64,000 nt of DNA from Peribolospora baueri. Taxonomy: Eukaryota. Below the pieces are notes generated by a model. That model was not told the origin of the DNA. It ran no database searches and saw nothing but the letters and a program-made list of their open reading frames with translations. Made by a program: the position numbers and the translations under genes. This document shows positions 12,554-24,001 of this stretch, in pieces (position 1 is the stretch's first letter; every line of letters begins with the position of its first letter). Location: assembly GCA_029717555.1 (NCBI GenBank), contig JAMDHS010000006.1:248001-312000 (forward strand). The letters run 5' to 3'.

Positions 12554-13603
12554 ATGAAGTTCAGCCTCTCTTTCGTCGCAGCCGCGCTCCTCGCACTCCC
12601 CGCGCTCTCGTTCGCGGGCGATGCCCACCACGTCGCCGCCCACCGCCGTCACCACAACAAAGTGGCCGAGAACGCGGTCGCAAGGCGCGCTTCCTCTGAC
12701 CTCGCAGAGCGCGGTCTCCCCGGCGGTAACAATGCGAGGGCTACCTTGTGCGTAAGAAGATCGTCGTTTTGATTTTGACTTTGCCAGGCAGATGGCCGGA
12801 TAAGGGGGCGAAGGAGGAAGGAAGCGGAGAGAGAGGGAGGGAGGGAGGAAAGGGAAGAGGGAGGGACGTACTGACGCACGCCGTCTCATCGGTCCCCGTA
12901 CGACAGCTTCGCCGTCGGCCTGGGCGCCTGCGGTATCTACAACAAGGACTCTGATTTCATCGTCGCCCTCAACGTCGCCCAGTACGGCGACACCGGTGTC
13001 GTCTCCCCGTACTGTTTCAAGATGATCACCATTACCTACAACGGCAAGACCACCCAGGTGCGTGCCCGTGATCGTTTGCCAGTCGAGCGAGCCAGCGAGC
13101 CAGCGAGACTGTACTCGGACATCTCATCACGCCTTGTTTCTAACCCTTTCTCCCCCCACCAGGCCCAGATCACGGACGCCTGCCCCGGCTGTCCCTACGG
13201 AGGCCTGGACATGTCTCCCGGTCTGTTCCAGTACTTCGCTCCCTCGTCCCAGGGCGTGTTCTACATGGATTGGTGGATAGATGGACAAGGCGGCGGCCAG
13301 CCGACGACCTCCAAGTGGACTCCCACCATCACCTGGTCGCCCGCCACCACCTGGTCCCCGTCGCCCACGTGGTCCCCGTCCCCGAGTTCGACTTGGCACT
13401 GGACCCCGACCTCGACCTGGTCCTCTACCACCTCCTGGTCCTCCTCCTCCAAGCACTCCTCTTCTTCCTGGTCGTCCAAGAAGTCGTCATCCAGCACGAC
13501 GACCTCCTCCACGCCCACGCCCACGCCCACGCCCCAGAACATCAACAACCTCAATGCCGCCCTCGTCGGCTTGGCCGAGCTCGTTCAAAACGCGGCGCAG
13601 TGA
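12554..13603 (+). CDS. Secreted RlpA-like DPBB / expansin-related (loosenin-like) protein with Ser/Thr/Trp-rich tail; exons 12554-12747, 12907-13057, 13162-13603
   Basis: Signal peptide MKFSLSFVAAALLALPALSFA. DPBB motifs ATFFAVGLGACG..DSDFIVALN..CFKMITITYNGKTTQAQITDACPGCPYGGLDMSPGLF. Introns are canonical. Confidence 0.92.
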
Positions 13604-14313
13604 ACGGACGGGTGTTGCTCCCTTCCGCCGTGTCGTCGTCGTTATCTCTAGCCGCCGGACCGGCTCCGTCCCGCCCGTTCCGCCCGCTCGTTCTTTCATC
13701 CCCCGTCAAGGATCGTCCGCGTCGCGCCGTGCTAGCCGCATCGCATATACCCCTTCTTCTGTCCTGTCTCTCTTGCCTGTCCTGTCCCGTTCGGTTCGGT
13801 TCGGTTCGACTCGCTAGGATTCGCTCGTTCGTTTGTGCGTCCGTTCGTTTTGCCCCCCTCCCCGCTGCCCCTCGGCAGCTCGTCATTGCTCTTGGCAGCG
13901 GGGCGTGCTTGGACGCGCCCCGCACGTCGTCGGTCGCCAGGTGCTCGTTTGTTTGTTTGTTTTCCTCAGGAGGAAAGGGGGTGGTTCCCTCGTAATCGAT
14001 CTATTCGTCTCCTCGGCTTTGTTACCTTGTCTTTACCCCGGTCGTTCCTGCTTCTTGCCCTCCACGTACCGCGTTACTTAACCCATCAGCCAGCCGAGTC
14101 GAGTCGATTCGAGTCGAGTCGGTCCGTCCGGCGTCCGCAGCCGGCCGATCTCGATCAAAGCTATAATATCCCGGACCGATCAGAAGAAATTCCGAATCCC
14201 AACCCAACCCAACCCAACCTCCTTCCTTCCTCTCTACGACTCGACGACTCGACGACGTTTCTTTTTCCTGCCCCGCCGCCGCTCCGCTTCTTCGAGGAAA
14301 ACGCAAAGACAAA

Positions 14314-16690
14314 ATGCGCATATCCATCCCCTCCATCCCCGACCGGCCTTCGTCCGCGTCCGCCCATATCGCTCGACACGCCGCCACGGCTCATTATACC
14401 GTCCGACAGGCTGCTGACGCTGTTGTTCAGTTTCTTGAGCGTGCTAGGTATGGCTCAAGTTCGAGTTTCGGTTCGGGTTCGGGTTTCGGTTCGGGTTCGG
14501 GTTCGGGTTCGGATGCGGGTTTGGATGCGGGCGCCAAGGGAAAGGGCAAAGAGCGTGCGGGAAGGACGTTGATCATGACCGGTGAGCGAACGAACGGCCC
14601 CTGGTAGCTGTATCTTGCTTTCTTTCTCGACCTCATCTCCCTTCCTCCCCGTCTTCCTTCCTTCCTTCCTTCCGTCCTCCCCGCGCCCTCGTCCCATTTT
14701 CTGTGCGCAATCGCAGGCGCAGGCGTCTCTGTCGACAGCGGCATTCGAGCGTACAGAGGCGAAGAGGGCCATTACACCGTGCGTCCTACCCTCCCTCTTT
14801 CCGTCCGTCCGTACGTACGTCGTATCGCTTGTCCAGTGACGAGACCGACCTCGACCCTGTCCTCCTCCTTCTCGCGCTCCCCACAGGTCAACAAGACCTA
14901 CAGGCCCATCTTCTATCACGAGGTGTGTGAGCCGCCGCCTCGCCCCGTCGACGCTCGGCGACCGATGGCCGGTAAGCGAGCTCGTCGCTGACGCGCGCTG
15001 CCCTCGCACTCCCTTACCCCCTCTCCTCTCAGTTTGTCGATGAGACAGAGAGGGGCGAGTTGGCAAGGTGGGCATGTCGGCGTCGCGCTTTGACGACGAG
15101 GCTCAACTCGTCACCGTCTTTCTTCTTTCGCCCCTTGGCCCCTCTCGCAGGCGAAGATACTGGGCCAGGTCCTATCTGGTTCGTACACCCCCATCCACGG
15201 CTCCACTCTACCTTCCCTCTGACGTGTCGTTCCTCCACGCCTCGACCCAGGGATACCCTCCCGTACTGCGCGCCAAGCCGAACAAGACCCATTATGCCAT
15301 CGCAGCTCTCCAGCGACTCGGTTTCTCCCCGGATATCATCACGCAGGTGCGTGAGCGTGTCCCCTCCGCCTCACGACTCCGTTCCGTTGCCGGCGTCTGT
15401 ACCCACGATGTCACTCTCCTCCCCCTTTGTCTTCGTCTCGCGCCTGATAGAATGTCGACTCGCTCCATCACGCCGCGACGCCGTCCCCGTCCGTCGCCGC
15501 CTCGTCCATCCTCGAGCTTCACGGCACGCTCAGGAACGTCGTCTGCGTCGCCTCACCGCCTTCGTACCGGCATCCACACTCTCACTTTCCCAACCCCTTC
15601 CCCTCCTCCTCCTTCTCCTCCACGCTACCACCCCGCCCGTCGTCCCCCTCCGCCCCGAAACCCCAGAACACACCCACGCCGTCTACGTACCCGCGCTCCT
15701 GCGGGTACATCGGCGACAGGGTTCACTTCCAGGACGAGCTCACCAGGAGGAATCCCGTGTGGGCACAGCTCGCGATGAGGATGGCAGAAGAGGGTGTGGA
15801 GCCCAAGATGAACCCTGATGGAGACGTGAGCGTGCCGCCGTTCATTTGCTCCTCGTCGACTCGACGTCGACTTGGCGGGTCGGGCCGGCGCTCTACCATT
15901 CGTTCGACGTTGCTGACGCCCCCGCTTTTTTTCCCAACATCCTCTTCTCCCACGTCGCTCTTTCCCCTCTCCCCTTCTCTTTCTTTTCCGCCCCTCGATT
16001 CTGAATAGGTCGACCTGGCCGGCGTGGACTATTCGACGTTCGACGTGCCCAGCTGTCCGAACTGCGGCGGCATCGTCAAACCGGGCGTCGTCTGTGAGTC
16101 TAGGTGCCGGGCGAGGGATGCAGAAAGCCATTTCGCCGTCGGATTGGCATGGGCTCGACTGGCGGCAATGCAATGCGCTCACCCCCTCCGCTCTGCCCTG
16201 GATTTCTTGTCTCTCTCTCCTTCATTCCCGCACCCGCCTCCTCAAGTCTTTGGAGAATCCGTCCCCGACGCGCTCCGCGACCACTCCCAGTCGCTCGTCG
16301 CCTCCTCCAACGCCCTCCTCGTCGTCGGCTCCTCCTTGGCCACCTACTCCGCTTACCGCCTCGTCAAGCAGGCCGCCGAAGAGGGCAAGCCGGTCCTCCT
16401 GCTCAACGTCGGTCCGACGAGAGCCGACGCGCTCGCCGACGTCAAGTTGGAGTTGGGCAGCAGCGACGTGTTGGAGCTCGTCGCCAAGACGGTCTGGTGA
16501 GCGCGCCGTTTCCTCCCACCCATCCCACTTCGTACCTCGTCTGTCGTGACATGACGGGACGTGAACACCCATCGTCGATCCGCCTCCCACGCACAGCGGC
16601 TCGCGAGCCGATAACGACCAGATCCTCCACCGGTTGCTAAACTCGGGCGTCACCGTCCCGCCTGCAAAGGCGAGAGCGTACTCTTCGTAA
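14314..16690 (+). CDS. SIRT4: NAD-dependent deacylase, SIRT4-type (class II) sirtuin, multi-exon
   Basis: MRISIP N-terminus; TGAGVSVDSGIRAYRG; YRPIFYHEF; RRRYWARSYLGYP..AKPNKTH; IITQNVDSLH; ILELHGTL; NPDGD; CPNCGGIVKPGVV/FGES; LLVVGSSLATYSAYR. Stop TAA at 16688-16690. Confidence 0.92.
14459..14513 (+). repeat. (GGTTCG)n hexamer repeat inside sirtuin exon 1, encoding a Gly-Ser tract
   Basis: Directly visible; translates as SSSSFGSGSGFGSGSGSGS. Confidence 0.85.
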
Positions 16691-17244
16691 ACGGTAGGGA
16701 GAGAGAAAGCGAAAAGGGTCGCACGGCACGGCACGGCAACGGCAACGGCAACGGCAATGGCAAGGCAAGGTAGGGCAGGGCAGGGCATGGCCATGGAGAA
16801 TGTCGTTGTCACGCCGACGCTCTTTCGTTCCGTCTCGTCTCTCTCGCGGGTCCAACGAGGATCGTATCGTAGAACATTGAGTTTTTTAGAAGTTGGATGC
16901 TATTTGACACACGGACGGACGGACGGATGCACGGACGGACAGGCGGGAAGGAGGGCATGACATGGCATGGCATGTTCTTTCTGGACTGGACAGACGTGGA
17001 ATAGAACGGGATAGAAGGACCGACGACGTCGAAGCCTCGCCCGCCTCGCTTCCTTCCTTCCCATCGCACTGCATCGTCCGCGCCGACGAGTTTTTCCTGT
17101 GCCTCAGGCAAGCTCTCTCGCCCTCGTCTTTGCGTCTCAGGTTCGTCATGGCCGGCGGGCATCTATCCACCTATCTATCTGCCAGAGCTATCCTCCTGTA
17201 AGCCGCCGTCTCTGGTTGGACCCACTACCACCCGGGCAGCCGAT

Positions 17245-20200
17245 TCAAGCGTGGTCATTCGAGGTGCCGCCTGTAGCGGCGCGAGCGTCCGCCTTGATGA
17301 TTTCCGCAGCGTGCTCGGCGATGGCGTACATGGTGGCCTATGTACGTGCGCCGGCAGGGGAAGGACGTGAAGGGTGGGGGGATGATAGGGAGCGATTCGT
17401 TAGGCGTTTGCCAACGCGTACCACCACCGTCTTGGTCCGCACGAGCGAACTCACCTGGAGGTGCGCGGAAAGGTGCAGGGGAATGATGCTGCGGAAACGA
17501 GAACCATCATGTGTCGTCGTTCAGCCACGGTCATCGAGCGTCTCTGCCGAGGATTTGAGACCTGAGGAAAGAGGTCCAAGCCGCGCTCACCTGGCATCAA
17601 CGACGCGCAAGTTGGAGGTCCTACGGGATGTCAGCGAAGAAGCGAAGTGTGGGTCAGATCCAAAGCTCGCCTGAACCAGGTGGTCTTTCCGGCCAACGGA
17701 CCGACCGACCGCCAAGCCCAGACTTCGACCCACCCGTACACCTTGCACTTGGGATCGACCACGCCGCCCTTCTCCCTCGGCAGCATCGAAGCCGTGCCGA
17801 TCTGCGTCGACAGGCGGAAAAGGGCGAAAGACGAGGCCCGCGTCATCGAGTCAGAAATTTGCCAAACTATGGACGCTTCGCACGATCTTTTACGAGTCCA
17901 TCGCCACTCCTTCGGCTCACCCAGTGAATGCCAGAGGCGGCCGTTTCGGTGAGGAACTTGTCGAACGCCTCGAGAGAGTCACTGTGCGGGCAAAGAGAAA
18001 CCATCCGCCGGCCTCAGAGACCGAACCAGAACAGCGTACGACCCTGTGTCGAATGGACGTGAAGATGACGGGCGGCGCTCACTCTCCAGGAGCGGGATCG
18101 ACACGGCTCTCGATAAACCCGGACAAAGGCTCTGTCTTTGCCGCCTTATCAAGCTCTTTCAGGCTGTGGACAAGGATGCGGCGATCTGTAAACGAGTGGG
18201 AATGGGAGGCATGGGGGCGCGATGGAGCGACGCCATGGTAAGTATCCCCCGCCGGCGGGGGACGAATCGAGGCCGAGTGACGACGCACCGAACTCGTTGG
18301 CCATGTAGTTGGGATCCTGAAGCGCGGGGGTTGGACCAAACGGCGGCAGATCATCATCAGAACACACGCCCTCGTGCCGAGCCAGGTCGCTACCCCCCTC
18401 ACGATCGACGCACCGAATCTGGTTCCGCCATCGGATCAGCGGTGGTGATGTGCGAATGGCCCCTCGAGAACGGGTGCTGCAGCGAGACCTTTACGAGAAC
18501 GGAGAAGCGGATTCATCAGGGCTTGATGGGACGGTGGGACCGGAGAGGGGAAGGAAACGCATCGGACATGGACGTAGGACGAACCATGAGCGAGATGTAC
18601 GAACGACCGGGCTCAGCCGGGGTCGGCGAGGGGAACTTGCGGGGGATGTAGACCCATCTGGTGCAGGGCGAGTGGAGTGCGATCAGCGACCGAACGATGA
18701 TCCAGCTCAGCTCAGCTTGGATTCCGAGGGGGCCAGACGACATTCACTCCATGGTCCCCTTATCCGGATCGTCCAAAGAATCAAGCTGGAACTGCAAGCC
18801 CTCTTGGGCGGCGTGGGACAAGGGCTGGGAGAGGAGCTTCTTCTTCATTGCCTCCAGCTCCTCATCCCTGATGTATTGCTTGAGGGGCGTGTACAGGAGC
18901 GCCGAGACGCTGACGCCCATCGGGCCAAAATTCTGATCACCTCCCGTCTTCTTGCTAGATGACGGAGGGAGGGGGCCGGGCCCAGGAAGAGGCGGGTCAG
19001 CAAAGTTGTGGATGGAAGGGAAGGAGATCAAACCCAACGAGACCCACTAGATCTCTCTCGCGTCGGCGGCAAACTTGCTGTCCAAATCATCCAATCCGTC
19101 CTGCGTGACACTTGAAGCCAAGATGGAAGTCTGGGCGTCAAGCGACCGCCGGCGTCTAGCCTACTCGTTCGACACTCACTGCTCGGACTTGGTGCGATAG
19201 ATCATGAAGGCCATGAGGTGATCCTGCATGTTCTCTCCTACGTTGGCATTGTCCACATTGACGTCGATGCCCAGGGGCTCGAGGATCTTGGGATTTCCGA
19301 TGCCAGAGAGCTCGAGCAGCTGTGGGGACTGAAAGGCGCCGGCGGAGAGGATGACCTCCCTCTTGGCCTCAACGACATACTTCTGCCCACCGTGGACATA
19401 CTCGACAGCCTTGGCCGTAAGGAGGCCCTCCGGCTTATCAAAGAGCACTTTCGACGCGTGGGCGCCACAGAGGACGGAAAGGTTCGGTCGCGATGCGTTG
19501 GGCGCATAGTATCCCTGTCGACGGACGCACGGACGCGAACAAGTCAGCGAGACCCCCATCCTGGACCTTCGTTTCCAGTCAAGCGAGTGGCAGTGGCCAT
19601 TATAGGAACATGGGCGGACGGACCAACTCACAGAAGCGGAAGAGGAACGCTTGCCAGTGAGCGGGTCAATGCTGTTAGTGGACGTTCGAATACCGGTATT
19701 GTCACCGTCATACCAGTCCTTGTTATCCACCAGGCCGAACTTGCGCATGACCTGCGCGGACAGGACGGGAGAAGACAAGAATGGAAGGATCAAAACGAGC
19801 ACAGCGCAGATGGACCGACTCCAGACCGACTCAAAGAAAGAGTGAGACCAGCGAGATGCGCACCTCAAAGAAAGCTGTGCCGATGCGAGGACAGGAAAGA
19901 TTCTAGACGTGAGACGCACGGCCGAGTGCTGACGGCGGACCATTTGGGCTTACCATTGTGAGACTCGTGGACCCTGAAGTGGAAGGAAAACTCGACTCCC
20001 GTCAGCGACTGACCGTGTCCTGTTCCTCTAGTGATGTGAAAAGGGACAAACTGACCATCCCGGGAAGCTCGTCTGAACGGGGCCTTGTTGACCGCGGGTA
20101 GCCTCGTTCCAGCCTGAGGGACAGAACAGAGCGGGTGAGACGAACTATGCGTGGGGAGATAGAATCACCGCTTAATCACGCCAAGCGAAAGACGACGCGA

Positions 20201-20881
20201 AAGAAGATAAAATATATCGGAAAAGAGAGAAAAGAGAGCAGCTCACTAGAGACGGCCTTTTGTGCCTCGTTGTTTGGCGCGGTGAACGTCTCACTTCTCA
20301 TACCCGCCCTTGAGAGGGTGTCCCAGTTCCAGCCGGGGTTTCCGAGCCTCTCGATGTCTGTAAGGCGAGCGTGAATGAAAGGCGAGTTAAGCGAAGGCAC
20401 TTGGGACAGACGAATGGAGAGGAAGAAATAGCCAGCCGGGCGCTCACCATCGTATTCCTTCTTGGAACCGCGGTGCCAGACCAAGAAATTGACCGCCGAG
20501 CCGCCGCCGAGGGTCCTGCCGCGCGGAAGGACTGGGACGGGACGCAATTAAGGCCAAAAGAAAGAGAGGCAAGAAGGCGGCTGCAGACAAGCACTCACGG
20601 ATCTTCCTGCCGCCGGCGTGCTTCTGGGGCACGGTGAAGCCGACGAAATGGTAATCGGGGTCGCCGACCATCTCCATCATGCGGTAGGGCGTGTTGATCT
20701 TTTCATCGTCGGGCCTCCACAGGCCCGACTCGAGCACGCCCACGCTCACGTCGGGGTCCTCGCTTAGGCGCGTGGCAAGGACAAGGCCGGAGAGACCTCC
20801 GCCGACGATGACGTAGTCGAAGCTTTTGAAGGTCGCTGGCGTCGAGCCAGTGTCCCTCGTCTGCGTCGTCGGGGTTGCCAT
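17245..20881 (-). CDS. GMC oxidoreductase (AA3_2-like, no signal peptide), multi-exon
   Basis: FDYVIVGGGLSGLVLATRLSED; LPRGRTLGGGSAVNFL; AKREVILSAGAFQSPQLLELSGIGN; VGENMQDHL; IGTASMLPREKGGVVDPKCKVYG; NLRVVDA; SAHLQATMYAIAEHAAEII. Stop TGA at 17247-17245. Confidence 0.94.
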
Positions 20882-22413
20882 TCCTGATTGGATGCTGCGG
20901 GTGGTCGAGAGTAGGACTGGGGGGATAAAAGAAGAATAGGAATTGAGGGACGGCGATGAGTGTGCTCTGAAGGCAGAGGAAGGTGGTAAAGGAAAGAGGA
21001 GGAAGAGGAGCGAGAGGGTAGGAAGATGAGCGGGATATTAAGCGCTGTCTGTCCGGCCCGGTGTCGCCCGCGTTGTTTCCCACGTAACTATTATGAGAGA
21101 ATCGCAGCACAGCCTGAAGATGGGACAGCAGTTAGACTTTGACTACGGGCGGGCGTTCTACTAGACCGAACGCAGGCGGTGATGGAAAGAGGGTGGTGCG
21201 ACTGGCGGCCGAGTCGGCGTGGGACGGCACGGAGGAAGACTTCGGGGAAAAGCCACTAGGCTCATCGCAACCGCCAAACATAATGGTGGCCAAGCAGGCG
21301 ATGACTTGTACTGTAAGGCAGCGAGCGCAGGCGGAGTTAGGAGAGTGGTCCAGCGAACTTGAGTGGCTGCAGAAAGTGTGGGTGAGAACGGTAAGGCACA
21401 GAGTGCGGTGAACTATCGTCTCGTAGCCTCCGTCGTTCTCATCCTACGTATCTAGCCTGGTTCGCAAATGAGGGGGCGGTTTCGACTCGCCCCAACCGAC
21501 TCGCTTTGCGCACCTCCAAGTATGTGCGGTACCTCGAGCAGTAGTTGCGTGCGAGGATACGCCATGCCACACATAATTATAGGTTTTACCGTCGATAGGC
21601 GCCGGGAAGGCTGTGCACGACACAGACAGGGATATTGTGGGGGAGCCAGTCAATCACTCCGTTCCTCCGTCTTGCTCCCGTGATTGCGATCGCTCTTCAT
21701 CCGCCACCTGCAAGGGCGACCTCATCTCGGCCGGGCGAGAGCAACTAGGGACGCCGGACGGCCCCCTCCTCCGTCTCCTGGGGACTACGGACGTCGTCTG
21801 CGGGCCCCATCCATTCGATCTACCTACAGTCCTTACTGTATGAGATGACCCTCCCTCGTGGTGCTCGCCGCTTGCTTCCATTCCCTCCACGTCCGTACGA
21901 AGCGCTGGAACGCCCCTTCCGACCCTCCTCGCTGCTCCCGGTCCTTCCACCGGCCTGTGCTGGAACCGCTTCGACAGACGAGAGCGACATACCGATGGCG
22001 AGATGATCTGGCGATCAGGGAATGTTCGTGCCGCTCGCCCAGCTGCCGGCGGCGGACCGGCCTATGAAGCCGATGCGGGTGAGTGCAATTGTGAGCATCG
22101 AGGAGCGGTTGGGGTTGATGAGCTGTGCAACGAGTCGGGTACGTACCGCTGCGAGCGACTCCACTCTCTTTATTGCACTCGGTCGAGAATGATGTTTGTT
22201 CTCTCCGTCCATCTCTCGAACCAGTGAATGAGGTTTCTCCCTCGACGGCCTGCGAATAGCCCCCAGCTGCCGCAACTCGCAAACGCCGTACGATGGTCAC
22301 GCGCCGTTATCTTATCACCGCTCACAGCGATCCGAGGTCCGTCACGTACGGCCACCAACGACAACCACCTCCACCTTCCACACGCCGTTCTTCACTTCGT
22401 TTTAGCCCGCGCA

Positions 22414-23066
22414 ATGGCCAGCAGCCGTCCCATCCTCGTTACTGGCGCTGGCGGGGGCATTGGTGGAGTGAGCTGCACGGTCACCCAACTCCTCCCCCAA
22501 CGCGACCTGCCCGTGCGGGCGATGGTGCACCGCGACGATGATCGCGCGGACGCGCTGCGCGCCCTCGGCGCAGAGGTCGTCGTGGGCGACCTCAGCCGCC
22601 CGGACGACGTCGCATGTGCTATCGACGGTGCGAGTCGGATGTTCTTCAGTATGAGCGTGTCGCCGGATTACCTCGAGGCGGCCACGGTCGTCGCGACGGT
22701 GGCCCGCGCAGCCGACACGCTCGACACCGTGGTCAACATGTCACAGATGACGGTGTCGCACATGACGGCGGCCGACACGGGCGAGTCCCACCAGCAACGG
22801 CTGCACTGGCTTTCCGAACAGGTCCTCAACTGATCCGGCCTTCCCCTCGTTCATATCCGGCCCACCATCTTCCTCGACAACCCGCTGTTCACCAGCCTCG
22901 CTGCGCGGTCCATCGCCGACAGGGGAACCATCGAGCTCCCCTTCGGCACCGGTCGTACCTCTCCGGTCGCTGCAGTGACGTCGCTAGCGTCGTCGCCACC
23001 GTCCTGCAGGACCCGCACCCACACCTCGGACAGGTGTACGAGCTGACCGGGCCCCGATCGCAGAAC
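22414..23066 (+). pseudogene. NmrA-like NAD(P)H-binding (atypical SDR) pseudogene; intronless, bacterial-like
   Basis: ILVTGAGGGIGGV..PVRAMVHRDDDRADALRALGAEVVVGDL..HWLSEQVLN*SGLPLVHIRPTIFLDN..GRTSPVAA/DVASVVATVLQDP..H.GQVYELTGPRSQ. In-frame TGA at 22831-22833 where Trp is expected, a 1-nt frameshift near 22975, and 3' truncation. Confidence 0.88.
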
Positions 23067-23399
23067 AGCCTAGCGTTGATAATCAGCGTGTTCTTTAGCA
23101 CGGCAGGACGAAAGAGAGTGGGAAGGTTAGGAAACCAGAAACAGGTCAGATCGAAGGATGACACTATCTTCTTCGCTACTGCCTCGCTCGCTTACCGCTT
23201 GCATAATCTCCTTGGCGGCAGCGCTGACAGATTCGTCGCTGGTGATGTCGAGCGGAATGATTTGAACGCCTTCCACTGGAACCGGCTTTCGCATCGTCGC
23301 AATTATATGATGTCTCTTGGCCATCAGCTCTTTCACTAGTGCAGGGCCGATTCCGCGAGAGGCGCCAATCACAACCGTGGTGGGGCCGTCTAAGGACAT
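23063..23399 (-). pseudogene. 3'-truncated short-chain dehydrogenase (CsgA/C-factor-like SDR) remnant
   Basis: TTVVIGASRGIGPALVKEL..IIATMR..IIPLDITSDESVSAAAKEI, a GTAAGC intron, then NTLIINAR (a degenerate NAG motif). No catalytic YxxxK half follows. Confidence 0.75.
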
Positions 23400-24001
23400 G
23401 GTCGTGACGAAGACGAACTTGGATGACGGTCAAAAGGTCGGTTGCCTCAATGAGGATAGGACACTGCTCTTTCTGCTGCTTCCCTGATCCTTTGCGTTGG
23501 CCATGTTCCTGGTTTCATATTCAATGCGACAACGCAGGCTGGCTTCGACAAATGCGTATCCATCCGCTGTATACATCTGTATTTCCTGATCACCTCCTGT
23601 TTATGCAGACAGAAGATGACGAAACGAAGCGTTCGTGCCTGGTTGGAGCAGATCTGCACTCTGCAGCGCAGAATTTCCGACGACGGTCTCGGCGGCGCCG
23701 GCCAAAACATAAGAATAAACGCCGTTTCTGATTTCAATTTCCCTTGCTACGCATGACCCCCGAGAAGGTCCACCAAGCGTCCGGAAACACGAACAACGGC
23801 TCGCAAAAAACATCTACAGGATGCGTCCGTTTAAGATCTCGAGATAAAATTTCAGGCGCGAATACTATAGAGCGAGAACGCCTATCGGTCCCTAGTCTCA
23901 TAGCTCGCTCACGATGACTCAGCGATCCACGACGAGATCAAAGAAAACATGGATTCTTTGGAGTTGAAATCGAAGCGCTAGTGAGCGATGCCCTCACTTC
24001 C

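Noticed and set aside
21650..22300. Short ORFs upstream of NmrA as a partner regulator gene
   Set aside because: No HTH, TetR or LysR motif is recognisable in any frame.
22831..22833. TGA in NmrA as recoded Trp, selenocysteine or A-to-I-edited stop
   Set aside because: A frameshift and 3' truncation follow, and other genes in the window use TGA as a stop, so pseudogenisation is the simpler explanation.
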